A stretch of DNA of 63,999 nucleotides, filler included, from Basidioascus undulatus (taxonomy: Eukaryota): NCBI GenBank assembly GCA_000826855.1. It is 14 parts of 14 records of this genome, joined end to end, with 100 filler letters (N's around TTAATTAATTAA, not from the genome) between each part and the next. Parts side by side here need not be neighbours in the genome. Positions count along the whole stretch, not along the records: positions 1 to 3,049 come from JTLS01002541.1; positions 3,150 to 6,194 come from JTLS01002542.1; positions 6,295 to 9,338 come from JTLS01002543.1; positions 9,439 to 12,482 come from JTLS01002544.1; 10 more parts are not named here. One strand, given 5' to 3'. The translations under genes were made by a program, and so were the position numbers. Numbering within the stretch: the stretch's first letter is position 1; every line of letters begins with the position of its first letter. Shown here one piece after another: positions 1 through 12,582 of the stretch. Under the pieces are notes generated by a model that was given only the letters and a program-made list of their open reading frames with translations, was not told the origin of the DNA and ran no database searches.

Positions 1-712
1 TGCTGTTTGAAGGACGGGAAGTCTGCGCTAATACTGAAGGGGAGGGATACAGGCGATCATGAGGGTAGGACGGAACGAGTTGAAGAAGAGGAAGTGCGAG
101 TGGTTGGGAGAAGGGAGAGCAGTGGGAAGCGGACGGGGAGGAGCAAGAGGAGGTGGGGACGCTGGGGGACGTGGTGGATCGGCTGGAGCGTCGTGTGGGG
201 GGCCGTGAGCCTGGGGTTGTGGGTTGCGTTCTTGCCGCCTGCTTGATGGATGTCTACATGTTAGACAGTTGTTTTGCTATTGTGTCTAGAGGTGCAACCA
301 GATCTTGGAGAACGGCGTCAGACCTGAGGAGGACAGACGCCGCGCTGTCCCGCTACTCCATGACATCCATCTCAATGCACGCCTACACCGTTCACGCACC
401 TGCCTTTCTCATTTAGATTGCTGTTCTATCTATCCATCGCACAGCGCAACAACTTGACTGAAAACGCGACCTCCTTCCAAGCTCGGAAGCAAATACGCTT
501 GACCTCCCTCGGCGGTCGATCATGACGTCAGGCGACCGGCCCGCTGCATGCACATCACTCGCTCCCATGTCCCGACGCTCCACTCGCTTCGCTGGCTCAA
601 GAACCCGAGCACCACCTTCTTCTTTTCGTTCTTCTCCCATCACCACTCGCACACAGCGCACTCGCATCCTCCTCCCTTCCCATCTTCGAAACAGCCCAAC
701 AAACTAGACAGC

Positions 713-1937
<1,225 letters not shown>

Positions 1938-2502
1938 ATGCGCATGGGGGGGGGAGAGGGATGAAGAGAGAAGGAAGGGAAGCTTAGATACCCCGGAGAC
2001 AAGTTGAGGATCCGAACATCGCATTGATCGAGCATTTGACATTTGAACAATGAACATTGAGCGCGCAGTGTGCAACTCACTTATCGAAGTGCCAACAGCA
2101 TACGAACTTCGCGGTTACTGTCACAGGTAGTCCTCCACCGTCCCCGGCGTCCCCGTCCCATTCGGGAGCTGCACTTCCTCTGCTGCCTTCTCTCGGGCCT
2201 TCCGCCCAGTCTGCGTTGTCGTAAACGTCCATCAGATCTTGCCTTGAGGAAGGAAAGAGACAGATGGAGGGAAGAGCGGAGCACACCTCTTTCATATGCA
2301 CCGCTTCGCTCGCAGCCCTCGACCGCAGCGCGTCCGGCCCGGCAATGGAAGACTGCCACACCACACCCATCCACGCAAATTAACCATACTTCCTGTCAAC
2401 CTTCTCCTAAACAACATACACTCACCTCCCCTCTCACCTCCCCTCTCCTCCCGCACCCAACATCAGTATTTCCTCTCACCTCCTTCTCTTCTCATAACGT
2501 AC

Positions 2503-2988
2503 CCGCGCGCCCACCACCCCGATCTTCCCGCCCACCACAATCTTCCCGTTCCGCACAGCGCGCTGGAGCGCCTCGTCGAGCTCCGCGCGGACGTTGTACC
2601 ACCCGTCGGTGAGGACAAGGCCGGGGACGCGGAGCTTGGGGCGAACCTGCCCGTCCGGGCCCTCGTCCCCGCCGAGCTCGGTCCAGCGCACGTCGGCGAC
2701 GCAGAGCACCATCGGCCGCGCGGGAGAGGAATCGTGCTCCTGGATGCGCTTCACCGCGGACCGCTGCGCGAGGTGCACTTCGCGCTCGTACCTGCCCACC
2801 GCACCCCATTATCATCACCCTTCGCTTTCTTCCCCATCTCCCAGTCCCCCTTTCCCTGTCCATGCGCCAGTCCGAACTGAATCGAAAAGGGACGACCCAC
2901 CGGTAAAGCAGCTGCCTAACCACCTCTTCCCACGTCCACTTCTCCCCCAACAACCCCGGCTTAGCCCTCACAACCGCCGCCAACTTCC
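2503..2988 (-). CDS. brh2: BRCA2/Brh2 homolog fragment (end of helical domain plus most of OB1); 5' part lost at contig end, 3' continuation not recognisable
   Basis: KLAAVVRAKP...WEEVVRQLLYR/YEREVHLAQRSAVKRIQEHDSSPARPMVLCV...LTDGWYNVRAELDEALQRAVRNGKIVVGGKIGVVGA matches the BRCA2 OB1 motifs YRYDxE, LVLCV and LTDGWY. Confidence 0.85.
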
Positions 2989-3049
2989 CTCGCGTTCGCG
3001 CCCAGTAACTCCACCCCTGGCCACGCCCGATGCCCACCCCCAACCCAGA

Positions 3050-3149
3050 NNNNNNNNNNNNNNNNNNNNNNNNNNNNNNNNNNNNNNNNNNNNTTAATTA
3101 ATTAANNNNNNNNNNNNNNNNNNNNNNNNNNNNNNNNNNNNNNNNNNNN
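3050..3149. other. Artificial contig spacer (N44-TTAATTAATTAA-N44). Also at 6195-6294, 9339-9438, 12483-12582, 15611-15710, 18739-18838, 21864-21963, 24987-25086, 48916-49015, 52037-52136, 55157-55256, 58277-58376 and 61360-61459
   Basis: An identical 100-nt N-run with a six-frame stop linker occurs 13 times. Confidence 0.99.
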
Positions 3150-3648
3150 CCCCAGGCTGGCGCGGGGAAGGACCAGGAGCTGCAGAATGCCCTAAAGGCT
3201 GCTTTCGAGGTGCGTCTCCCACTTCCTCTCACCCCCCTTCCCACACGCGTCCCCTCCTCCTCCGCACCCGTCTTCTCCCTCACCGCCACCTCGACCTCCG
3301 CCGGCGCGTCCACAACGTTCGACTACCCCCCCGACCCGCTCGTGCTCGAGATGGTCGACCTCTCGCGCGCCCCCGCCGACGGCGTCCGCGCGTCATACAA
3401 GTTCGGGGCGGTCGCGCACGCGCTCCCCGCCCTGCGCGGGGGCGCGAAGGCCAGTGTGAGGGTGGACGATGAGGGCGTGCTGAGTCTGCAGGTCATGATG
3501 CTCCCGCAGGGTGGGGCGGCGACGGCAGTCGGGTTCGTGGAGTTCTTGGTGAGTCCGTGGGCGATGGGAGAGAGCGGGGAGGGAAAGCTGATTGATAGGG
3601 CTGGCACGGTAGGTCTTGCCGCTTGAGGAAGGGGGGGTTCTGACATGA
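3150..3648 (+). CDS. rad1: Rad1/Rec1 9-1-1 checkpoint clamp subunit, C-terminal fragment
   Basis: FSLTATSTSAGASTTFDYP...SYKF...ALRGGAKASVRVDDEGVLSLQVMM...GFVEFL/VLPLEEGGVLT* fits the Rad1 C-terminus (KxSxRxDxxGxLSLQxM...FVEF). Confidence 0.8.
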
Positions 3649-4561
3649 ATGCCTGAGGCAAAAGAGTCCTAGGCTGTGAGGACTCGCCGGAGTATGCTCA
3701 TACGCGAACATTGAGTTTCAGACGCTGGGCAAGCGCGTGGACAATCGTCCGCACCTGTCCTCGCTGTGCTCCCTTAAACCCGCTCGAAACCAGCTCTCAC
3801 TCCTTGCTCATAGTGTACTTGCCTGCTGCCTAACCTTTTATGCGATCTCGAGGACCCATGCTACTGTGCCGATGCATGTCTGCCGCACGCCACTGCGAGC
3901 TGCGCTGGACGCACGCGCTTCAGAAGCCCGCTTCTAGAGCCTGCCGTGTGCATCACGCGCTGCACAGCAGTTATGAGCGAGCTGACTTGTCGTGCGTACG
4001 TTTAGGGATGGTCGGACAAACATCGCGCTGTGAGTAATGGCTTGCGCGAAGACCTGCAGAAGAAGTTTCGCAGTGCATCGTGTCCAGTCGTCGCATGAAC
4101 TCAAAAGTCGGACACTGCACGCATCCAGTTGTCCATGCAATGAGTACATCCCACAATCCGCCTTTCGAATGCATTAACACACGAGGCGGGAGCCCCCCCC
4201 CCCCGGTCAAAGTTGGGTTGATGTTCTCCCCTTTACAGCACCTCGGGGCTCAATCCCCGGCACGCAGCGTTGTCAGACTGTCAAGGCTGGGCGGGGAAGG
4301 AGTCGTGCATCCCCGCATGGGAACCATATCAGACACGGCGCACGCGAAAACATTTGAAGAGCGTGAGGCGCTACGTGGGTGCAAAAGAAAGCTTGCAAGG
4401 ACATCGGTCAACGCTTGTTTGTATCGCTCCGCGGGGCAGTGTGAAAAAAGGGCGGCAGAGGTTATTTGGAAGAGCGAATCAGGCAGATGAAATATGTTTC
4501 ACTGATGCTGGTCGGTGTACTCCAGGATACAAAAATGTTACTGTAGCGCTTTCTATCTTCG

Positions 4562-5497
4562 TTAACCCATTAAATCACCGTCAGAAACCCCCGGCCTCTG
4601 GTACATTTTGATCCAATCGTCGTAGGTCATGAACACGATAGGGAGCGGCGGGCGAGGGCCACTCGAGTACTCCTTCAAGATGTCTGCCCTGCCAAAAGCC
4701 GGCTCGATCTGGTTTCTGGGCTGATCTGCCCCGAGGTCATACTCGCCGCAGTTCACGAAGAGCTGTTCGCGCGGTATGACGCGCAGTCGGAAGCGTGCAA
4801 CGAGGCGCTCGAACGGGCGTCTGCTCGTTTGCCGCATCTTGTGGGTCTCGCGTTCGGGGCTTATGGTCCTGGGATTGGCCGAAAAAGCGTGGGCGCTTTC
4901 GAGCTCTGCCTTGGCGATGAAGAAGACGTCTCCGAAGTAACCGCTGTAAATCCGCGCAACGATCTGTAGACCGTACTGTCGAGAGATGGGCGTCAGGTTG
5001 CGGAACTGGGATTTACATGCACGATGTCTTAGGGGACGTAACAGGTTGGTTATACGCTCGACTTCGCTGATGTGACCACCCCACCAGGAATTATGGAGCG
5101 ACTGGACGCAGCGCCGACGTTGCGCGGATTCCACCGGCCCATCCGGGTCGCAGGAGGCGTTTCTCCACCAGGTCCACTTTCACCCCTCGTACCCCATCTT
5201 CGACAGCCCCATCGACGATCATGTCCCCCACGAGACCGAGCAGCTCCTGTAAGCACGCGAAGCGGCAGAGCGGGTGCTCCGGGTCCGGGACTGTGCTCTG
5301 CGACGCCGGCGGACGCTTCGCGTTCCGCTGGAAGCGGGATATTTTCCGCGGCTTAGCCTGCAGCTGCACCTCAACTATTAGCGCGCCAGCGCGCCAGCGC
5401 GGTTCCTCAGGAGGGCGAGGAAGTCCAGTCCGGGCGAGGCGTTGAGAGCGAACGAGAGCGACATGGCCTCGACCGGAAGAGCGAGTATAGTGAGCAT
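4562..5497 (-). CDS. Hypothetical spliced protein; N-terminus MLTILALPVE is weakly F-box-like
   Basis: A long last exon (ORF 4562-5134) follows a plausible intron with a CTGAC branch site and CAG acceptor. Exon structure unresolved. Confidence 0.3.
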
Positions 5498-6294
5498 GGC
5501 GTGACCTTGTGGGATGAGTGTGAGCCTGTGTATGTGTGTGTACGTGTCCGTGTACCGACGAAGACACGAAGGTGGCGAGAGTACAGAGGCAAGATGGCGG
5601 TACGCCACATCAGCGTGAGCCACATCAGCGTGAATGTTGTTCTGATGTTCGCGGAATGTGGCTCGGCGCCGCGACTAGTGTCACGGTCGGTAAATCCACT
5701 GGTCTGACTGAGTACCGTACTGTTGCCCAATCTAGGCTTGCCGGCAGCCGGCAAGCTATCCCCACACAGAAAGAACACATTACAGTTTCAGTCACGTTGC
5801 TGCATCGAAATGAACGCCGCGTTGAACTTTGTAAGGTAAAGTACAAGTGTGATTTGGAGTTAGAAGAATTACATGGACGAAGAGTACATCAGACAAAGGT
5901 ATGGGCAGAGTGCGCCTGGTTGGTGTGGATCTATAGCTTGGGAAAGTCCTTCATGGGCATTATGCAGAGATACAGCCCCCTTAGTGAGCCAAAAAGCCCT
6001 GGGGCCCTCTGTACCGCGCCGTGCGAGTCGCCTCGGGGCACACGCCGGTGCGGCTACCCACCCTGCACTGCTCATCTCGAGCATCTCCTCCCTTCCCTCC
6101 GCTTCAGACAAACACAATTCATCCCACCTCCCCTCCTCGCCCTTCCTCGGCGCCGCCCACAGAACATTCGCCTTCTCCGGGCTCCCGCGTTCCGNNNNNN
6201 NNNNNNNNNNNNNNNNNNNNNNNNNNNNNNNNNNNNNNTTAATTAATTAANNNNNNNNNNNNNNNNNNNNNNNNNNNNNNNNNNNNNNNNNNNN

Positions 6295-6982
6295 CTCTTC
6301 CCCGCCCCACCCTCAAACACCAACCCCCCCGTCCCTCCCGGCAGTCCCCCCGCGTCGCAGCAGCCTGGAACGAGACGGGCTCGCCGGCGGAGCACGCGGC
6401 GTACCTCGCGCGGCAGACGGCGGACGCGCACCAGCTCCCGCTCTTTGGGGAGTTCAATGGGCAACCGTTCTTGTACACCGAGGTGTACTGGGTCAGGGAG
6501 GACCACATCGCCCCGTTCATGCCGGACGCACACGACTTTGACCGCGGGTACCACCTCCTCGTGGGGGAGGAGCGCTTTAGGGGCGCGCATCGCGTGCAGT
6601 GCGTCGCCCTCTTCCTCTTCCTCTTCTTCTTTCTATTCCCTGTTCCTGTTCCTCTTCCCTCTTCTTCTTTCCCTCCCTTCCCCTTTCGCTTTCCCTCGCC
6701 GAACCTCCCCCGAGAAGGAGAAGCTGACCCCCCAACCACAGGGCCTGGCTCCCCTCCGTCCTGCACTACATGTTCCTCTCCGACGCCCGCACGCAGCGGC
6801 TCGTCTCCGAGCCCCGCGCGTCGAACGACAAGGTCATCAAGTACATGATATCCGTCGGCGGGTTCGCGTACACAAAGACGATCGACTTCCCCCACAAGCG
6901 CTCCGCGCTTCTCACGCTCGAGCGCGAACGCTTCTTCCAGCGGGCGCCGTTCGCGTGGGAGGGGGCGGCGGGGGCCGCTTGA
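6295..6982 (+). CDS. Hydroxamate siderophore N5-hydroxyornithine acyltransferase (SidF/SidL/IucB-type GNAT), C-terminal fragment
   Basis: PRVAAAWNETG...YTEVYWVREDHI...DRGYHLLVGEERFRGAHRV/AWLPSVLHYMFLSDARTQRLVSEPRASN...IDFPHKRSALL...ERFF are the hallmark motifs of this family. Confidence 0.9.
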
Positions 6983-8246
6983 GCGGGCTCGGAGGGCTGG
7001 TTCGGGTGGGGGTAAAGGAGTGAGTGAAGGATGGGGAAGGGAAGGGATGTGGGAGGACGGGCGGAGCGTGTCGGAAAGGACGGGCTGCCATCTTGTTTCC
7101 CTCGTTTGAACATTGCGGTGCGGGAAAACTGTTGCCTGCCAGGACTTGTGTGAACGATCCATCTCGACAATCAGGCACAGCTGCGCAAGCTGTCCGCATT
7201 TCCTGAACGTTCACCGTCACTGGCAAAAGAGGGCAGCGAGCGGTTCGGGTCTGAGCACGAGCAAACTGAGTCGGCGGTGTGCGGCGGAGAGGAGAATCGA
7301 GGATCGACTCATATGGGACCAGCAGTCTGAAGAGTAGAGGGCTGGATTGTGTTAGAATGTGGAATCGCATTGTTCGGCCGCAGTGCACGCAGATAGGACA
7401 ACATCTCGATGAATGTCTAGGCTGCTCTGGTGTCTGCGCACCACCTCCTGCATTGGAGTCTACTTTCTTCGCCAGGCGGTTTACCCATCTCATACATTTC
7501 AATCTGTATTGAAATCATGCTAATTTTTGCGATCAGCTCAACACGCTCGGGCGTTCTCCATCCTACCCGACTCCAGCAACCTGCACCCACTCCCTTGAGC
7601 AAAGGACGCTTGGGCGAAGCTGTCCCTCAAATGGATTGCTAATCTTTCCTTGGACTCACCTCGTGAATTGTAATTAGATTATCACAGAGCTGGTCCAGCT
7701 CTGGAGCGAAGGATCCACTTTTACATCAATTGATACAGTGCCATACAGAGGAGGAAGAGGTTCGTATTCCAGGCTTTGTAAGGCTCAAGACTTCCCTGTA
7801 CTCAGAGTCCTTCTGAAGGGCCTTTCTCACTCTACAAGCTCAGTTTAAAGTATCGTTGAAACCTGCACACACCCACTGGTGTTGAAAATGGAGTCCGACG
7901 CTGCTGTGTCTGGAGACCTCCGCGCCGGAGCTTGCGGTCTTTCACCGCCGTCGCACTCATGGCCACGCGCACTCAACAACGTCCCTCTCTCCGAGGTCAT
8001 GTCCTCGAAGGTCAGCTGTGTCGGACAGTGTCCTGCATTCAATGCTCCCGAGCTCACTGATTGCCGGCAACACAGAATTCAAGGTCACCTGACTGATTTT
8101 GTTCCTTATCGGCTCCGCCAATCCCAAACTTTTCTTTCAATCTCGTTCAATTCATCACTCATTTCATCCCGATCGCACCTGGCCGTATCTTTCTCACGCT
8201 GAGAAGACCGTCCGGGGCCCGGCCCCTGTCCGGCCCGATCTCACTG

Positions 8247-8338
8247 ATCATGATGAACTTTTGATGAGTGAGAAGACGGTGCAAAGTCTGCCCTCCATCG
8301 CGAGGCTATGAGGACATTTCGATGCGTTGGTCTGATGG
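8247..8338 (+). ncRNA. Tentative box C/D snoRNA
   Basis: Box C ATGATGA 8250-8256, C'-like ATGAGGA 8308-8314, box D CTGA 8332-8335. 8315-8328 is 13/14 complementary to the conserved 5.8S rRNA stretch AACGCAGCGAAATG. Confidence 0.25.
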
Positions 8339-8612
8339 AAAGTGTAATGTGTGCATTCAGAATGGTAGAGAAGGTAGAGAAGCCAAGTGGAATTGTGGCG
8401 AAAAGGACCACGCGGTCGTAAATTGCGAACATGTGCTTCGTCTTCTGCAGGCGGCCAGACCCAAACGTTGGTGCCTTGCCCCTGGCAGCAACACGCCCGG
8501 CTTTTTCGACCTTCCCGCGTATAGAGGGAGCGTACCCGCCTTCTCTGCTCAATCATACCCGGCTCCCCCTGCCCCGGCTCCCCCTTCCCCATCCCCAAAC
8601 CGACCACCGACC

Positions 8613-9338
8613 ATGTCGGAAAAGTTCCCCCTCGACACACTGACGACCGAGTCAGCCTCCGTGCGCGTCGCCTCGCCCACGCCGCACGTCGAGCCCCTCG
8701 GCCATATCGCGAGCGACGAGCGGGACGTGAGCCCCGAGTCGGTCCTCCCCTCGCACCACACGCACAAACCCTCGTCCATAGACAAGAAGGAGCGCGCGGG
8801 GTCGACCGACCTGCGTGAGACGGACGCAGGGAGGTCGGAGGGGCACAGGCCGGCGTGGATGAGCTGGATCTCGTGGAGGTATCTGAGGGCGCCGGTCTTG
8901 ATTGGCACGGCGTGCTTGATCCTGGGATGGTGGATTGCGGGCCTCTTTACTATGCGCCATCGGTGGTACGTCTTCTCTTGCTGTCAGGATGTGAGGAAGG
9001 CGAAGAGGCGGTAGCTGACGCAGCGTGCAACGTTCGTTTGATGATCCGCCAGGATCGTGCAGACTATCTGGGGTACGCGCTAGCTTTGATCTTCCCGTGC
9101 CTCCTCGTGAAGCCGGCGATGAGGCTGACATCTGCGACCGAACGCCGTGTAGCCTGGTTCTTCATCGGTACGTGTTTCTTCTCCCCCGTCCACCCGCCCA
9201 TGCCGAATCTTCGATCTTATCGCTCACTAATTGCAACCCCATCCCACATCAGGCCTCATCTTTTTCCGCTTCGTCCCTGTCCGTCTTCTTGCCCGCTCGT
9301 CCCTCCCCCCGCCACCTTCTTATCCTCTTCTGCCCCCT
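8613..9338 (+). CDS. Concentrative nucleoside transporter (CNT/SLC28 family), N-terminal fragment
   Basis: ...LILGWWIAGLFTMRHRW/IVQTIW/AWFFI/GLIFFRFVP, built from micro-exons, resembles the first TM segments of basidiomycete CNTs. Confidence 0.75.
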
Positions 9339-9663
9339 NNNNNNNNNNNNNNNNNNNNNNNNNNNNNNNNNNNNNNNNNNNNTTAATTAATTAANNNNNN
9401 NNNNNNNNNNNNNNNNNNNNNNNNNNNNNNNNNNNNNNCACATGCTATTATGAGCAGGACCCGAAGGCTTAAGGAGGCTTGTACTTTAATATCTCAATTG
9501 TTCCTGTTGGCCTGGTTTCCTGTTTGTTCATTGCTTTGAACATTCCGCAGTGCACCACGCGCAGTTCTCATCCGCGTGCATTTATTGAATGTTCAACCTT
9601 TATCGTCCCCTCCCCCCCCAAAAAAAAACAAATTATACCGGTACTGAATGTAAGGGATCACCA

Positions 9664-11167
9664 GTTCACCCGTCCTCAGAGCATCCCATATCCTCCCAGC
9701 CGCGCTGAAACACTCGCCGCGCTCTCCTCGGCGGCGTCCACATTCGGCCCTTTCGACGTGCTCGTCTTGAGATCGCCTACCGTCGCTCACATCCAGAAGC
9801 ATGGCCCCGTGGTTAGCTTCGTACCCATAAATGAGGAGCTTGTTGGCCCTTTCCTACCCATGCTCAAGCTGGTTCTCGGTGGCAGAGCAGGCGCGTCTTC
9901 GTTGACAACCAGCCCACCTTTTGAGTAGAACGCTTGGCTAACTTCGGGTTCTGACCTCGTATAATGGAACGGTTTGCATGTGAACGTCGGCTACCTGTCG
10001 TCTCAGGGCATCTCATACGCCAACACCCCTCTCGCAGTGGTCAGTTTTCTCTCCCAGCCGGTCCTGACACCCCTCCGACCGTTCAGTGACCGATCCGGCT
10101 TACAACCATGCGAGAGAATGGGGAGAGCCAACTGCCACTCTCGCAGTGATGCATGTCCTCAGCGCGCTCAGGCGCGCCGTCTCGAACGACAGAGCGGTGC
10201 GCGAGGGCAAGTGGCAGAGCGCTATCGCGCCGTCGGTGGAGCCCAAGGACCTCGTTCTGGGCATCGTGAGGCTGGGACACATCGGGAAGGTAAGAGCGTG
10301 TTGAGATTTACCCAAGCGGCCCGGCTGACGCTCCCGGCTTGCCCGATTTACTTCCAGATCGTCGCTTATCGACTGTCGGCGTTCGGGATGAAGATCCACT
10401 ATCACCAACGCAGCCAAAGCACGGAAGCGGTGTGCATGAGAGCTCTTTACGTCCTCCAAGTCCATCTTGTGAACCTACTCTTTCTCGATTCTCGCGAAGA
10501 TGCACTCGGTTACACCTACCACAGCACGCTCGAGTTGGTCCTCCCTGCGGCAGACGTCGTCTCTGCACTGTCCGCTCACGGAGAAGACCAAGGGCCTCAT
10601 GAAGCGAGTCAGTTTGCAGCCATGAAGGATGGGTCCTTCTTCGTGAACACAAGGGGCGCAGGTGAGCTCGGTGAAGCGTCATCGTGAGGGTCGGGCAGAA
10701 GAAGCGCTTGTTGGGCTGACCCTATCCTGTGGACGGAAAGTGATGGATTAGGAGGCCCTTGTTCAAGCTCTGAAATCAGGTAAAGCCGCAAGAGCAGGTA
10801 GGTCCCTTCGAGACCTTTCGTCCATGCCCTTCGGCGAGCTCATTCCCTCCCTCCCTTTTTCTGTGAGGGCTAGATGTCTTTGAGAAGGAGCCAGTCGTCC
10901 ACCCAGTCCGTACAGACCCTCCAAAACACAAACACTTCAAAAATCTCCGAGACCTTTGGCCTCACCAATGAGGGTCTGCATACTCATCTCAAGGCGTTCC
11001 CACAGTAGTTTCTCACTTCGCCCAACGCGCTGCTTTATCCGCATACCGGGGGTATGGTGACCACGATCCTCAAGAACTTCCAGTCTGAGAAGGTTGGAAC
11101 TCTTCATAAGTTTGTGGAGGGAAAGACGACGCTGGAGAATGCTGTCTGCGGGCCGTTGAAGGGTTGA
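9664..11167 (+). pseudogene. D-isomer 2-hydroxyacid dehydrogenase (glyoxylate reductase-like) pseudogene
   Basis: ANTP, LGIV(R)LGHIGK, LHCPLT, FFVNT.RG, GLDVFEKEP and PH motifs are present. The first Gly of GxGxxG is Arg (10269-10271), and LHCPLTEKTKGLM lies in a different frame from its flanks (about 10560-10610). Confidence 0.8.
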
Positions 11168-12411
11168 TGGCCGATGTGAGCTAGGGGCTTCTTTTCTTGT
11201 GCGAATCGTCTGGCTTATGATTCATATAATTCCTCTTAATTGCATAAAGCAAGATTTCTTTCAACAAGTTTCATTTCATCAACACGTCAATGAAAGAGAG
11301 CAACGCTACCCCAGGAGGGCCAGGCCTGACCGCGGCGTTTTAAATGCCCACTCGGTGCACCGTTGCCCCAGGCAAACTTTGAGTTGAAGCATTGTAAAGT
11401 TACAGTATGTGTTGAAACTTCGCATTCCGCAAGTGAGAAGGTGGGTTCTATGCGGCGCTGTTATCCGCTTAGTTTGCCGCTTTCTCAGCGGTGGGCAAGT
11501 CTGAACGTCTTAGGAAGACCGCCTGCTCGCTTACCTGCTACTCTCCATTTGTCCTCTCCATACCGTTTTCGCAGGTGCAGTCATGTACACCGACGTTGCG
11601 GACGTCATATGCGACCCCGATTCTGCGGTTCGCAGCCTCGCGGCCCTCAACACGGCTCACGACTGGGGGTGCTCCCAGCCGTGTTCCTGGCTTTGGAAAC
11701 TCCTGAGGGTGTCGTGCGTACACTCACAACAATTCCCAGTCAAATAAAAGCGTTGCCCAAACATTGAATTTTGTTGAAGGCCTGATATGCAGGAGGGACT
11801 ACAGCGCGCCGGTGCTTGCTGGCGCTGCTCGGACGGTTTCATGCCGCACAGCGAACGTTTGTTCGCAAGCTGTCGCACTCAGCCACCCTGGAGAGAAGCA
11901 GCTATCAAGATCTTCCAAGGCTAGCACAAAGTGCCAGGGAGCTGGATGTGGACATCACTGGAGACAGGCCGTGGATATGTCATTGTAACTAAATACAGTG
12001 TACAGAGGTATACAAATGTTCTACACTGGAAATGTATCTTCCCATCACTTACTCTGGATGCAGCCAGATTGCTGCCCCCGGGCCCGTCTATCTCGTTGAC
12101 CTGGCAAACTTGCTTGCTAATATTATAGATGAGACAGACAAAACCACCTTTATACCTATGCTCCGATACAGGCACATTCCTTGTATCGGTCACTTTGCAT
12201 GAGGAGCAGTGCGCTCATGCTTCACGCAAGAAGGCAGTGTGTTGTTGCTGTGTCACTGAACCTCAAGGCTGAGCTATGGACTTCCAAACAAACAAAATTC
12301 ACGCTCTCAATACAAATCTACTCTGGACCCTTTGAATTCCGGGGCAAGACAGCGGCATGCCTTTTTCCAGAGTTGTCGCTATCAAGTTTGTGATGGAAGA
12401 ACTACCATCAC

Positions 12412-12482
12412 TCTTTGGTAGTATAGTGGCTAGTATATCCGCTTGTCATTCAACCTGACCGCGGGCGACCCGGGTTCAATTC
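12412..12482 (+). tRNA. tRNA-Asp(GTC) with 11-nt intron, 3' end cut by contig end
   Basis: TCTTTGGTAGTATAGTGGCTAGTATATCCGCTTGTCA-ttcaacctgac-CGCGGGCGACCCGGGTTCAATTC; exons identical to the copy at 22513-22595. Confidence 0.93.
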
Positions 12483-12582
12483 NNNNNNNNNNNNNNNNNN
12501 NNNNNNNNNNNNNNNNNNNNNNNNNNTTAATTAATTAANNNNNNNNNNNNNNNNNNNNNNNNNNNNNNNNNNNNNNNNNNNN

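Noticed and set aside
3094..3105. TTAATTAATTAA recurring about every 3.1 kb as a periodic repeat or CRISPR-like array
   Set aside because: It is always embedded in N-runs and is a six-frame stop linker added during concatenation.
2503..3648. BRCA2/Brh2 next to Rad1/Rec1 as a DNA-repair cluster
   Set aside because: They are on different contigs separated by an artificial spacer.
5606..5633. Short tandem duplications (CCACATCAGCGTGA x2; similar ones near 26530 and 59528)
   Set aside because: Two-copy slippage repeats without spacers or associated genes.
8268..8612. Cys-containing in-frame extension upstream of the CNT start codon
   Set aside because: It has no native ATG in strong context that I could support and no domain match, whereas 8613 has a good ACCATG context after a CT-rich leader.
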